This document shows positions 27,870 to 38,890 of a DNA stretch of 64,000 nt, piece after piece (the first letter of the stretch is position 1; each line of letters opens with the position of its first letter). The stretch lies in NCBI RefSeq assembly GCF_009834535.1, contig NC_045696.1, positions 56,360,001-56,424,000 on the forward strand. The letters run 5' to 3'. Under the pieces are notes generated by a model. That model made no database searches. It saw only the letters and a list, made by a program, of their open reading frames with translations, and had not been told where the DNA came from. The DNA is from Camelus ferus (taxonomy: Eukaryota). The position numbers were made by a program, and so were the translations under genes.

Positions 27870-28270
27870 CCCTGAGCAGCTCTGCACATTCCTGCTGGGT
27901 ACACCCACAGGCAGCTCTCTTTACCCAGACCACTTCTCAGGGCTGTGTTTGCAGGGAGCAACCTTGAGGGATGTGGTAACATCTCCCCTAGTCAAAGAAC
28001 AGGCCTGTTATGACTCACTATACAAGTGGTGAATTCCCCAGGCTCAGGTTCCTCTCCTTTAATGGCAGCCCCTTGTGCGTGCAAGCATGATCCATCCTGG
28101 GCCCTGCATCAACCTCATGGGATGAGGGGCATGGGAACCAGCACAAATCGAACATGAAGCTCTGACTACTACTTTTTTCATGAATAATATAGTACTTTGT
28201 TTCTGACCCAAGAGTCTCGTGTCTTTTGCTAGCAGAAAGCTACAAGTAGTAACTTACACAATTCTTGTTA
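27870..28270 (+). mobile_element. ERVL-class solo LTR (MER21/MER68/MER77-like)
   Basis: gcaaccttgagggatg...ttccccaggctcag...tttgtttctgacccaagagtctcgtgtctt...gctagca is characteristic of this LTR group. The subfamily is uncertain. Confidence 0.6.
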
Positions 28271-28754
28271 CTCAAACTTCTTGATTTCCCAGATAGGAAA
28301 ATCCCAGATACTGGGGGTTATTGTGGGAATGCTACCCTCAATTCTGAGAAGTAACAATATGTAAATAACTACCATCCACAATCATTACCACAAGTGCTGG
28401 TGAGAAAAGGTCTTAGAATAAAAGATGGTCCTTAGTCGAAGAAGTTTAGCTTCATGCAGAACTTATGACATTGCCCTCATTTTATGCAATTCAGAAGGGG
28501 CACTAGGAGAGCTTCCCTTTTGACCTGAAAGATCGGCTTTGCTTCCAGAGTTAAATTATTATGGTCCTTATTAAACTGCATGAGGAATTTAGAAAAAAAA
28601 AGAGTGCATTCTTCTGTGTCAGTAATTAATACCTACACAACTATCAGATGGGTTTCAAGTCACCTAGCAGGGTTCTTTGGAAAAGGACATCAGATACGGT
28701 GCCCATTTTCCCTCATGAGAACCTTCTCAGAAAAATAAGAATGTTTGTAGAGTA

Positions 28755-31700
28755 TTATTTTAATAGCTTTATTGAATAAACTGGTTTTTTTCAAAGTGCA
28801 TTATTTGTTAAGTTTTGATGTATGTATATACCTGTGAAATATTCACCACAGTCAAGGTAATGAACATCTCCATCACCCTCCAAAGTTTCCACATGTCCCT
28901 TGGTCATCCCTCCTTCCTACCCTTCTGTGCTACCCACCACCTGTAGGCAACCACTCATCTGATTTCTGTCACTACAGATTAGTTAACAATAGATTAATTT
29001 TCTAGAATTTTATATAACAGGTATTATATAGTATGTAGTCTTTTTTGTCTTTTTTCACTCAGCATAATTATTTTGATATTCACCTATGTTGTTTCAAGTA
29101 TTAATTATTTTATTCCATTGTATGGATATACCACAATTTGTTTATCCATTCACCTGTTGATGGATATTTGTGCTATTTCTAGTTTTTGGCTATTACAAAG
29201 AAAGCTGTTATGAATATGGTATACAAGTCTTTATACAGAAATATAGTTTCATTTCTCTGAGTAAAAACCTAAGAGCAGAATGACTGGATTGTACAGTAGG
29301 CATATGTTGAACTTTTAAAGAAACTGTCAAACTGTTTTCTAAAGTGGTTGTACCATATTACCTTCCCACCAGCAGTATATGCTAACACTTGATTTAGTCA
29401 GTCTTTTAAAATTCTAACCATAGGTGTATAGTAGTATTTCATTGTGGTTTTAATTTGCATTTCCCTAATGACTAACAGTGTTAAACATCTTTTCACATGT
29501 TTATTTGCCATCCATATATCTTCTTTGGTGAAGTGTCTGTTCAAATCTTTCATTCGTTTTTTGTTGGATTGTTTCTTATTATCAAATTTTAGTGTTATTT
29601 ATATATTCTGGATACAAGTTCTTTATCAGATACATGACTTGCAGATATTTCCTTCCAGTCTATGGCTTTCTTTTTATTTTCTTAAGATTCTCTTTAGAAT
29701 AAAATGTTTTTAAGTTTAATGAAGTCCAATTTATCAGTGTTTTCTTTTATGGATTGTGCTTTTATTGTTGTATCTAATAAATCTTTCTTTGAGAAGTTTT
29801 ACAGTGTTAGATTTTACAGGTAGGGCTATGATCCATTTTGAGGTAATTTCTGAATATAGTGCAAAATGTAGATCAAAGCTCATTTTTGCATATGGATACC
29901 CAATTGCTTCAGCACCATGTGTTGAAAAGACTCACTGTCCCTTCTCCACTGAACTGCTTTTGCACCTTTATTGAAAAGCAGTTCTCTATATATGCATAGG
30001 TTTATTCCTGGATTTTATTCTGTTCTGTTGATATATATGCTTTTCTTTACCCAATACTGAACTGTCTTAATTACTATAGCTTTGTAATGTCTTAAAATTG
30101 GGTGGTCCTAGTCCTCCAACTTTATTCTTTATTAAAGTTGTTTTGGCTCTTCTAGGTCCTTCATACTTCTGTACGAATTGTACAACCAGCTTGTCAATTT
30201 ATAAAAAAGCAAAACAAAACAAAAAATGGCCAGCTGGAATTGTGACTGTGATTGGGGTTAGTCTATTAGGGAAGACTTAACAATTTTGAGTCTTCCAAAC
30301 CATGAACACACTATCTCACCATTTATTTAGGATTTCTTTAATTTTTCTCAGCAATGCTTTTTGTAGTTTTCAGTGCACAAGTATTTCACATTGTTTGTAG
30401 GATTTATCCCTAAATATTTCGCATTTTTAATGATACTGTAAATGTTACTGCTTTTGATTTCACTTTTCAATTGTCTGTTTTTACTATATAAAAATATATT
30501 TGAGTTTTGTACATTGATTTTATATCCTGTAATTTGCTAAACTCATTGATTAGTTTTAATCATTAAAAAAAAAACAGATTCATTGAATTTTCTACATAGA
30601 TGATCAGCTCACCTTAAGGTAAGCCATTTTAGTTCTTCCTATTTAAACTAGGTGGCTTTTATTTCTTTTTGTACTGGCTAAAACCTTTACTGTTGAATAG
30701 AAGTAGTGAGAACTGAAATCTTGTTTCTAATCATTATGGGAAAGCATTCAGTCTTTTACCATTAAAAATGGTGTTAGCTATAGGTTTTTTGTAGATGCAT
30801 TTCATTAAGTTGAGGAAGTTCTTTTCTATTTCTACTTTGTTGAGTCTGGATCAGGAATGGATGTTGAATCTTGTCAAATGCTATTAAGATGGCCATTTGG
30901 TTTTCCTTCTTAGTTGGTAAATATGGTAGATTATATTGATTGACCTTTGGCTGTTAAACCAACTTTGCATTCCTAGAATAAGTCTTACGTTGTCATGATG
31001 CATTATCCTTTTGATATCTGGTTGTACAAGATTTGTTAAAATTTTGTTTAGAATTTTGAATCTATGTTCATGAATTTATAGCTTTTTTTCTCCTGTAATG
31101 TCTTTGTTAGATTTTGATATCAAGGTAATGCTGTCCTCATTAGAATGAGTTAGGAAATGCTTCCCTATTTTCAGTTTTTCAGAAGATCCTGTGTAGAACT
31201 GGTAACATTTCTACAACAATACAGGAACAGCCTAGGAGGGTGTCTCTGGGTCAAGGTCTCTCACAAGTATGCAGTCAAGGGGATCAATCATGGCTGCAGT
31301 CATCCAAGGCTCAAGTGGGCAGAAATCTACTTCCAATCTTATTCACACTGCTGTTAGCAGGCCTCGGAAGTTCTATTTTCAAGCTCACAGATGTGGCTAT
31401 TAGTAAGTCTCAGGCCCTCCATGGCTACAGACTGGAAATACCAGTTCTCCGCCATGTGGGCCTCTTTACGGGGCAGCTTACAACATGGACGGTGGCTTCC
31501 CTCAGAAAAAGTGAGAGAGATCCAAGGTGGAAGCCATAGTCTTTTTGTAACCTTATCCCAGAAGTGATTAATAAGCAAGTCAGTAAGTCCAGCTCATACT
31601 CAAGACAAAGGAATTTAACAAGAGTGTGACTATGAAGAGAAAGGACTTATTGGACATCTTAGAGACTACTTACTGTAGCTTTTCATGACATTACCTTATT

Positions 31701-32410
31701 GTCCTTCTAATGTTTACAGAATCTTTAATGATAATACCTCTCCCTTCCTTATTTAGGTAATTATTTATTCTCTCCTTCTTTCCTCATCACTTCAGCCAAA
31801 AGTTGGTCATTCTTAATGATCTTCATAAAGAGCTTTTAATTTCACTGTTGTCTGTTTTCCATTTTATCAGTTTTCATTCTGATATTTATTATTCCTTTCT
31901 TCTGTTTATTTTGGGATTCATTTGGTTTTTGTTTTCTGTTTTGTAAAGTGGGATCTTTATTCTTTATAATATGGAGTTTGGTGCTCTAATTTCCCTTGAA
32001 GTACTGCTTTAATGGTATCCAACAAATTTTGATATGGTGTGTTTTCATTTTCATTCAGTTGAAAATACTTGTTTTCCTTTTGATTTCTTCTTTGATCATG
32101 GGTTATTTTAAAGTGTTCTTCTTAGTTTTCAAGTATTTCAGAATTTTCCAGAGACCTCTCTGTTACAGATTTCTAATTCAGTTCCATTGTGATAGAGAAC
32201 ATACTCTGTATGATTTGAATCCTTTTAAATTTAAGAAGACCTTTCCTATGGTCCAGAATATGATCTGTCTTGGTAAATGTTCCATGTGTACTTGAAAAGA
32301 ATGTGATTGTGCTGTTGTTGGGTGTAGGATTATATGAAAGTCGATTAGGTCAAGTTGGTTGATGGTGTTGTTCAAGATCTTCTATTTCTTTACTGATTTT
32401 CTCTTGTAGA
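28755..32410 (-). mobile_element. Old L1M (3' UTR plus ORF2), interrupted by an MLT1 LTR
   Basis: Continuous antisense L1 ORF2 motifs, for example ttttaatttgcatttccctaatgact and gttgaatagaagtagtgaga. Confidence 0.85.
31210..31675. mobile_element. MaLR LTR (MLT1F/G-like)
   Basis: ggtctctcacaagtatgcagtcaag...ggctgcagtcatc...ccatgtgggcctct...gcagcttacaacatgg...tcagtaagtccagctcatactcaag. Confidence 0.7.
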
Positions 32411-33059
32411 CTACATTTTAAAATGTTATAAAAATGCAGTATCTGTGACTGAACTTGAACATTACTATATTATTTTTATTTTTTAATATATTTTTTTACC
32501 CTGGCACACACATGTGCATATGTGCACCCATACATGCACACACACATGCAGAGTCACAGTCACAAGTTTAGAGACCACAGAACTAGAATGAAATGAAGCA
32601 TCTAATTGTGATGCTGTACCTCTGAACAAATTTTATTATTTTGGAAAGCACTTTTGAAACTGGGTTATTTTATCTTTCCTTGTCTGACCTTGTAAGCTAC
32701 TTAATTGCAAAATGTGTTTTTATTCACAGTGCCTCTTAATGTTTTATTCTTTATGCCAAGTCATGCTCCTGCTGCGAGCAAGACAGGCAACAAAATCTTT
32801 AATAGAATGAAAGAAATACAGGTGCTTCTACCATAACACTGTTTATAAGTGTTCCTATTTTAACAATATCTATATATCAATGCTTTAAAAACCTTGCTTT
32901 CTACAAAATAGTGTATAAAAATAATGTTATGGGAAAAATAGTTTGAAGCCATAACATTTGAAACACATTTAACTTTGTAACCAGAATACTAATAAAAATA
33001 GTAATTATCTCAATCAAAATACTAGCACTTGGTAAATGTCCACTTTCCCTTGTATATAG

Positions 33060-33305
33060 GATCACAGCTGATTTTTACAGCCTTAAATCTGAGAGATGTA
33101 GGTCCTCAAGGGCATTTACCTCCAATAGATAACGCTGTCACCCAAATCTGCTCTGGGTCTGTGTTTTCTTCAACAATCATTTTTAAACACAAGGGAAATG
33201 TCTTCTCTGCTTCTTCATCTACTCCTGCAGCTTCATCAGACAGCTTCATGGTGAAGGTAGGATACCAGTTCTTGAAGCCATTAAAGCAGCTGCTGCTTGC
33301 ACTGC
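33060..33305 (-). mobile_element. Tigger/pogo transposase remnant
   Basis: Minus-strand translation SASSSCFNGFKNWYPTFTMKLSDEAAGVDEEAEKTFPLCLKMIVEENTDPEQIW, then after a frameshift LYWR*MPLRTYIS...FKAVK. This aligns by eye with the Tigger/TIGD1 motif series ASRGWF..FK...K..GEAASAD.EAA..YP..L..II.E....QIF...YWKKMP.RT.I...FKA.K. Confidence 0.75.
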
Positions 33306-33569
33306 CACAGTATTCTTATCTCAACTGTGAGAAAGCTTAGCCTTGAATGTTTTAAACCATTGATTTGCTGGGAGGAAATTATATATGGACCAATGATATT
33401 GTTTTCTTATTTGCCAACTGGGTACTAATTTGTATTATAGACATGTGTTTCAGCTGCAAAGATTGTATTCCATAGTTTTCTAACTTTGAAAGGTGTGATT
33501 TTTCTAGTCATTTTCTTGGCAGCAGCTACTGTTGGGATTTAAATCTCTTTCCTCCCAGGATCACTGAAA

Positions 33570-34000
33570 ACATATTTACTGAGCACCTACCATTTTCCAG
33601 TGTGTTCTAAATGCTGGAGACAGTGGTAAGCATGACAGACAGGGTTGCTGTGTTCCTAGACTCTGCATTCTGGTGGGGGATACAGACAATAAACCTATAA
33701 ATCAATAAGCATGGTAACATCAGAGAGTTACACTTACTATGAACAAAATAAAACAGGTGCTGGGATATGGAATGAGATGCAGGGGCTGGGTGGCCATTAG
33801 GTGGAGAGGCTGTCTTAGATAAAATGATCAGGGAAGTCTCCTCTGAAGACATGACATTTGAGCCAAGACCGTAAGAGGAGAAGAAACTAGGCATGGGAAG
33901 ATCTGGAGAAGATTGTCAAGCAGTGGGAACAGGAAAGGGACAGGAAGTCAAAGGCTTTAAGTTGGGAGCAGGCTTAGTGTATTTGAGGAACAGAATGAAA
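33570..34000 (-). mobile_element. LINE-2 3' portion
   Basis: acatatttactgagcacctac...gatcagggaagtctcctctgaagacatgacatttgagc. Confidence 0.8.
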
Positions 34001-35015
34001 AGTGTCCAGGGAAGCTCAGGGTATACTCAGTGCCTCACTGAGTATACACTGAGTGTAACACCTCACTGCCATGCTGAGGTTGACCCAGCAGATCAAGTCA
34101 CTGCTGTTTAACAATCCCATGTCCTCCATGCCTCAAATGGCCAGTGGCATCCCAAAATGCCTGCTAGACAGATCTGACTGACTGACCCTCGTCTGAGTGC
34201 TGAACCCAGACAATGGAGCACAACACACTTGATCACCACAGTGCTGGAATGGTGTGGGGCCAGACAAGTTTGGCATCTCTGAGGGAGCGGTTGAAGTCTG
34301 GTGTACGGTCTATCCAGAAGTCACCTGTGGGCCAGGGGGAGAAGTCTGGAGTAGGGCTTCTCAGGAGGCAGCCTGGGATAGCTGAGGCAGGATGACGGTT
34401 CACAAGTGTGGGAGTAGGAGAGACGGGTGGGCCCCAAGGGAAGGCTCGAATAGTAGTGAAGGTAAGATTCTGCAAGTCCCTTCAGAAAAGGTCATCACTG
34501 TGTTTCTTTTGTTGGTCCTGGGCGCCACAGGTACATACCTGGGTGAGCCGGTAACTTTCCAACCAGTCAGAATTGTCTAGCAGGACAGTCAGGTAGTGGG
34601 GCTGCACTATTTTTGCAGAAAACTTAGCCTACCCAGACTGGCTCCAACTGTGCCACCATAAACTTTCATGTTGCTTTGGAATATTTCTTTACATGCTCTC
34701 TGTTTTAAATACAAATACCTCATCTTCTCAGAAGGACTGTACCCTCCTTTATGAGGAGAGACGCTTCACTTCGTTCTTTGGATATCCTTGCAGCAGTTAG
34801 CACAGTCCTGGGCCAGGCCTTCCTTCTTCACAAGAGGGCACTGTACCGCAAGGCCAGCACTGCTTCAGGGGGGCTTCTCACACAGCTTCATGCCACGGTA
34901 GGACCCAGGCTTGGCTGATACCAGCTAGCAGCTCAGGGAGCCAACATGATACTAACACTCTGGGTTTCATGTTTCAGACTATGGAGGATGAGAAACTAGG
35001 CATGGGGCTGCTTAC

Positions 35016-35152
35016 CTGTTCTTCCTGCAGCGAACTGTGAAGCCCAGAAAGAAAGCTATCAAAACAAGTCCACAGCTGAGGAAAGTCCAAACAACACCCA
35101 AGAGGGCAGGAGATAATGAAGAAACGGTCTTACTGCTGTGGTGGGAAGAGGT
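35016..35152 (-). CDS. GPR156: GPR156 second coding exon (includes TM1)
   Basis: Acceptor tcttcattctgttctcag, then 137 nt encoding TSSHHSSKTVSSLSPALLGVVWTFLSCGLVLIAFFLGFTVRCRKN(R), then a phase-2 GTAAG donor. It continues in frame from the previous exon across a 199-nt intron and matches the GPR156 TM1 region. I did not find the next exon (IVKMSSPNLN...) in the window. Confidence 0.96.
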
Positions 35153-35351
35153 CTGAGAACAGAATGAAGAGAAGCTGTTAGGAATGAAGGCTGTTCAACA
35201 GATCAAACATGAACTGCCCCCAGGACCTCCAGAGCTGGGACACACATGTCCTGCAGAAGCATTTCCTCCTTGTCCTCCTCTCCCTGCCACTACCACCATC
35301 ATAATAACAACAACATGTGTATCTGTGCAGCCCTGACAGCTGCTCACTTAC

Positions 35352-35447
35352 AATTGTTGTCCTGCAGAGATCATGAAGGGGTCTCCGATCCAGCTCCTGA
35401 CCAGGAAAACCATCACACAATTCAGAGCAGTTTATTTCAGGCTCCAT
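35352..35447 (-). CDS. GPR156: GPR156 first coding exon (aa 1-32, extracellular N-terminus)
   Basis: Translates MEPEINCSELCDGFPGQELDRRPLHDLCRTTI, which I recognise as the GPR156 N-terminus (human, from memory: MEPEINCSELCDSFPGQELDRRPLHDLCKTTI). The ATG context is gacATGg. The exon is 96 nt and ends at a phase-0 GTAAGT donor (35351-35346). Confidence 0.96.
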
Positions 35448-35823
35448 GTCATCACATGCCCCTCTTGATATGTGCTTATTCACAGTCTTGGTTACCCGCT
35501 GGTAGGTAACCAGCAGATCTTTGACGAAAACACAAGAGCAATCCAAATCTTTTCTTCAGAGGTGCCATTTTGGAGCTGGCTCCAGGCTCAAAATCTGGGA
35601 TGAACAACTCATTCAGGTGGAAGCAACAGCCTATTTCACTAGGCTCCTTCATCAGACACCCTCCAGGCTCTCCTGGTCCCCTGCTGCCAGTGCATACCAC
35701 TAAGAGTGGGCATCTTAGTCACCATTAGGTTGTACCAAGCGATGATGCTGGCTTGCCACCAGATGGCAGTCACTGCTCCAAGTACTCTCACACGGGTCCA
35801 GAAGGAGAGGAAAGCAATTAAAC
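35448..35823 (-). other. GPR156: Probable 5' UTR part of the GPR156 ATG-containing exon
   Basis: Candidate acceptor tttgtttgttaacag|G at 35824/35823, preceded by AT-rich intron-like sequence. An alternative acceptor cttgtgttttcgtcaaag| lies at about 35518. The true boundary cannot be fixed without transcripts. Confidence 0.55.
35754..35772 (+). promoter_or_regulatory. CTCF-binding motif
   Basis: tgCCACCAGATGGCAGtca matches the CTCF core consensus CCASYAGRKGGCRS at every position. Confidence 0.7.
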
Positions 35824-37249
35824 CTGTTAACAAACAAATGTTATGTATATAACACATACAAATAAACACAAACATACATAAATGCGTAAGTGGTTTATTA
35901 CAGAGGTTTAAAAACCTTTTATACATTTTAACTGTACAGTTATAGTTTTATTATATATGGTTGTATACTTTATAACAGTTTTAAAATATAGTATAGGTTG
36001 AAATAAACATATTCTAAAACCTCTTCAATAAACAATACTTTAAAAACAAAACCAAAGCACATCTAACAAACTATAGATATAAAGCTCTACAGTCCCTCTT
36101 CAGATCCTTTTTATGACTCAGTACTATAAAAACTTAAGATGTATGAGGCACATCTTCCTTTTTTCCCTACTAGGAACCCCCTGCCTTCCCAAGATCTTTC
36201 CATGCAACTCAGGGCTTAAGCTCTATCTGATTCTGGGTGGTGGGGGGCCCAGGTGCCCCATGCTGTCCACGTGCATTGTCTGTTGGTTGGTCCCGAGAGC
36301 TCTTGTTCGCTCAGTGAATGGAGGAGCATTCTATGTCCAGTCAGCTGGGGTCACAAAAGACTCCATAGAACGATTTGCCAGGAGTGTTTTGTGTTTGTTT
36401 TTAAACTGTTAGACTGCCAGAAGTGGGATAGGCTACTGAGGTAATAAGAAGAGAAACTGAGGGTTCTAGGGAGTCCCACAGAGTGAGTGAGTGGCCAGAG
36501 CATGGTGTTACTTCTCTCAGAAGATGACTGCAATGTGAATACTGTGATCTAAAAAGAAGCTCTACCTTGCAGAACAAAAGTAGAAATGCAGAAAGGCTCA
36601 AATTAGCTCTGACGGAAAAGGCAGACATGTCCCTAATTCTTCAAAGCAATCTACCCCTTAACAGAGAAACAGATTTGAAATTTTATCAGGGGGAGTTTAA
36701 AAGAGGATGCCGCTTCTGCTTTGTGTTTCTGAAACAGCTTAGCACAGTTTTCTTTTATTGTGGAGGAAAATTGGAAGAGAAAAAAAAATCAATTATTATT
36801 ATTTCAATAGCCACTGAATATAGGACTTGTGTTTAAGCCAGAACAATAGTGGCAGGTGTAGAATGCCCTCTTTGGATTCTGCACACTTAGACATGAACAA
36901 TACAGCACCAGGTGCTGCCCATATATTGGCCTCTCATATCTTCCTGAATTATTTACCAGGCTCATTACAATGAAATCTCAAGAGAACTAAAAGCCACTAT
37001 CTCCTGTCAAGACATTTAAATTCTTGTGCAGTCTGATCAGATTACTGAATGCAAAATTAAATAAATATGAAAACATGACGATCTGCATCCTAGTTTAGTT
37101 GAAATTTTAATTGCTGAAAAGACAATTTTTTTTTCCTTTTTTAAAAGTTAGACATTCCCTATTGTGCCTTGTAGCGCAGAACAATACTGCAAGCCACAGG
37201 GAGGACTATCCTGTATGATAGATTGAAAGATATGTTTTTCCTATATTAA

Positions 37250-37520
37250 TCATACTGGCAAATAATTACACTGATATTTAAATCATTGTTAAGTCCCTGT
37301 TTGTATATCCTTACATCATATAGATGTGTGTGTATGTATGTATAAAACCTCTTTTTGTTCTCACAATAGTGTCTGTGAGGTAAACAAGACCATTCCTCAT
37401 TTTCACATAAGGAAACTGAAGAGCAGAGAAGTGAAGAAACCTGCTCCAAATTTTCAGAGGAGGACTCGAATCCAGGGGTTTACAGTGCAAGGTCAATGTC
37501 CTTCTAGTACACACCCTACA
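37250..37520 (-). mobile_element. MIR SINE
   Basis: cctcattttcacataaggaaactgaagagcagagaagtgaagaaacctgctccaa. Confidence 0.7.
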
Positions 37521-37651
37521 TGGGGCAGACACTCTGGACTGACCACTCCCAGGAAGACATCAAATGGCCTGTTAGGTTTCTTCATGTTTAGTTCCCAGAG
37601 CTTCACATCTATGAGTTCCCTGGAGTATGACACACAATAGTGTGTGCATAC

Positions 37652-37866
37652 CAGTACTTCTCAACTGGGGCAATAATGTACCTCCAGGGGACATTTGGCA
37701 ATGTCTGGAGACACTATGATTGTCAAAACTGAGAGAAGGGTGATACTGACGTCTAGTTGGTAGAGGCCAGGGATGCTGTTAAACATCCTACAATTCATAG
37801 GATGGTCCAAACAACAAAGACTTACCCAGCCCCGAATGTCAATAATACTAAGGTAGAGAAATCCAG
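37652..37866. mobile_element. MER20 hAT-Charlie element
   Basis: ttctcaactgggg...ggggacatttggcaatgtctggagac...gtagaggccagggatgctgttaaacatcctaca...aatgtcaataatactaaggtagagaaa. Confidence 0.9.
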
Positions 37867-38461
37867 CATAGTGGTCAACACTATGGATCTTAGAAGGGCT
37901 AACAACCTTAAGCCCAAATCATCTTTGGGAAATTTTGTGAACATGATGGATTGTCCATCTGAACATCAATTTCTGGGGGATAAATTTCTGAGTACATTCC
38001 AAAGGACCCTTGGACAGAGTGAACTCACTGGTATGGAACTTTGAGTGTTATGCCCCACTTTGGTCCAAGGATATCTAGTGTAGGAATTTTATAAACTGAT
38101 ACTAGGCTCCCCCATGGGGCAGATATTCACAGAGATTCACACATAAGGAGCTGGTGAAACAAGGAATGGCTTAGTCATTGAGAGGAGAGAGTTGAATGAT
38201 TTCAAAAACAGTGTTGAGTGACTGGGAAAGTGGGTGGGAAGTAGTGTGCACAGCGGGTAATGGTGAGGCATCTGACCATAAGATAGATACAGAATCCAAG
38301 GCACAAGGAGAAACATCTGCCAGTCTCCTCCAAGAGCAACCTCCCTTCCCCCTCCCACACACAGCCTATAGAGGCAAACGTCTAGTCCACAGATAGTAGC
38401 ACACACACGGTCAGACATTGTGGGGCTTCCTTCTCCTTCCCCTTCCCCTTCTCCTTCTTCT

Positions 38462-38592
38462 TCTTTTTTTTGATGGTGGGGAGGTAATTAGGTTTATTTA
38501 CATATTTATTTTTGGAGGAGGTACTGGGGATTGAACACGGGATCTCATGCATGCTAAGCATGTGCTCTACCACATGAGCTATACCCTCCCCC
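38462..38592 (-). mobile_element. Vic-1-type SINE
   Basis: ggaggtaattaggtttattt...gaggtactggggattgaac...gcatgctaagcatgtgctctaccac...gagctataccctcccc. Confidence 0.9.
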
Positions 38593-38840
38593 TTATCCTA
38601 TTCTTCTACAAATTAGTTCTGATTGTTGAAAACCTAGTCCTGCAATTACTGTCCTCTAAAAAGTTGTTTCTCAGTTGGTATAACGTCTGCTTCTGTTCAT
38701 GAAGAATTAAACTACTTTTGGAATTGGCTTCCTGCTGTAAACAACTTGAAAATCAGGCAAAATATCTGAAACAACTCTTTTCAGACACTGGATAATAGAT
38801 AGTTCAGGACTTTGGAAAGCAAATGAGGTGAACCTACAAT

Positions 38841-38846
38841 TATATA

Positions 38847-38889
<43 letters not shown>
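38841..38889. repeat. (TA)n microsatellite
   Basis: About 24 TA units with one C interruption. Confidence 0.95.

Positions 38890-38890
<1 letters not shown>

Noticed and set aside
34233..34475. 80-aa minus-strand ORF ending ...LVWPHTIPALW as a GPR156 coding exon
   Set aside because: It does not match GPR156 and is out of phase with the upstream exon; splicing in gives an immediate stop.
1..35000. Further GPR156 coding exons (IVKMSSPNLN... onward)
   Set aside because: I searched the minus strand by eye and did not find them. They are presumably beyond the left edge; tBLASTn would settle it.
35178..35546. 122-aa ORF in the track as a single-exon gene
   Set aside because: Only residues MEPE...RTTI are real (GPR156). 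The rest is read-through of UTR and intron past a GTAAGT donor, and the listed start is a non-ATG codon.
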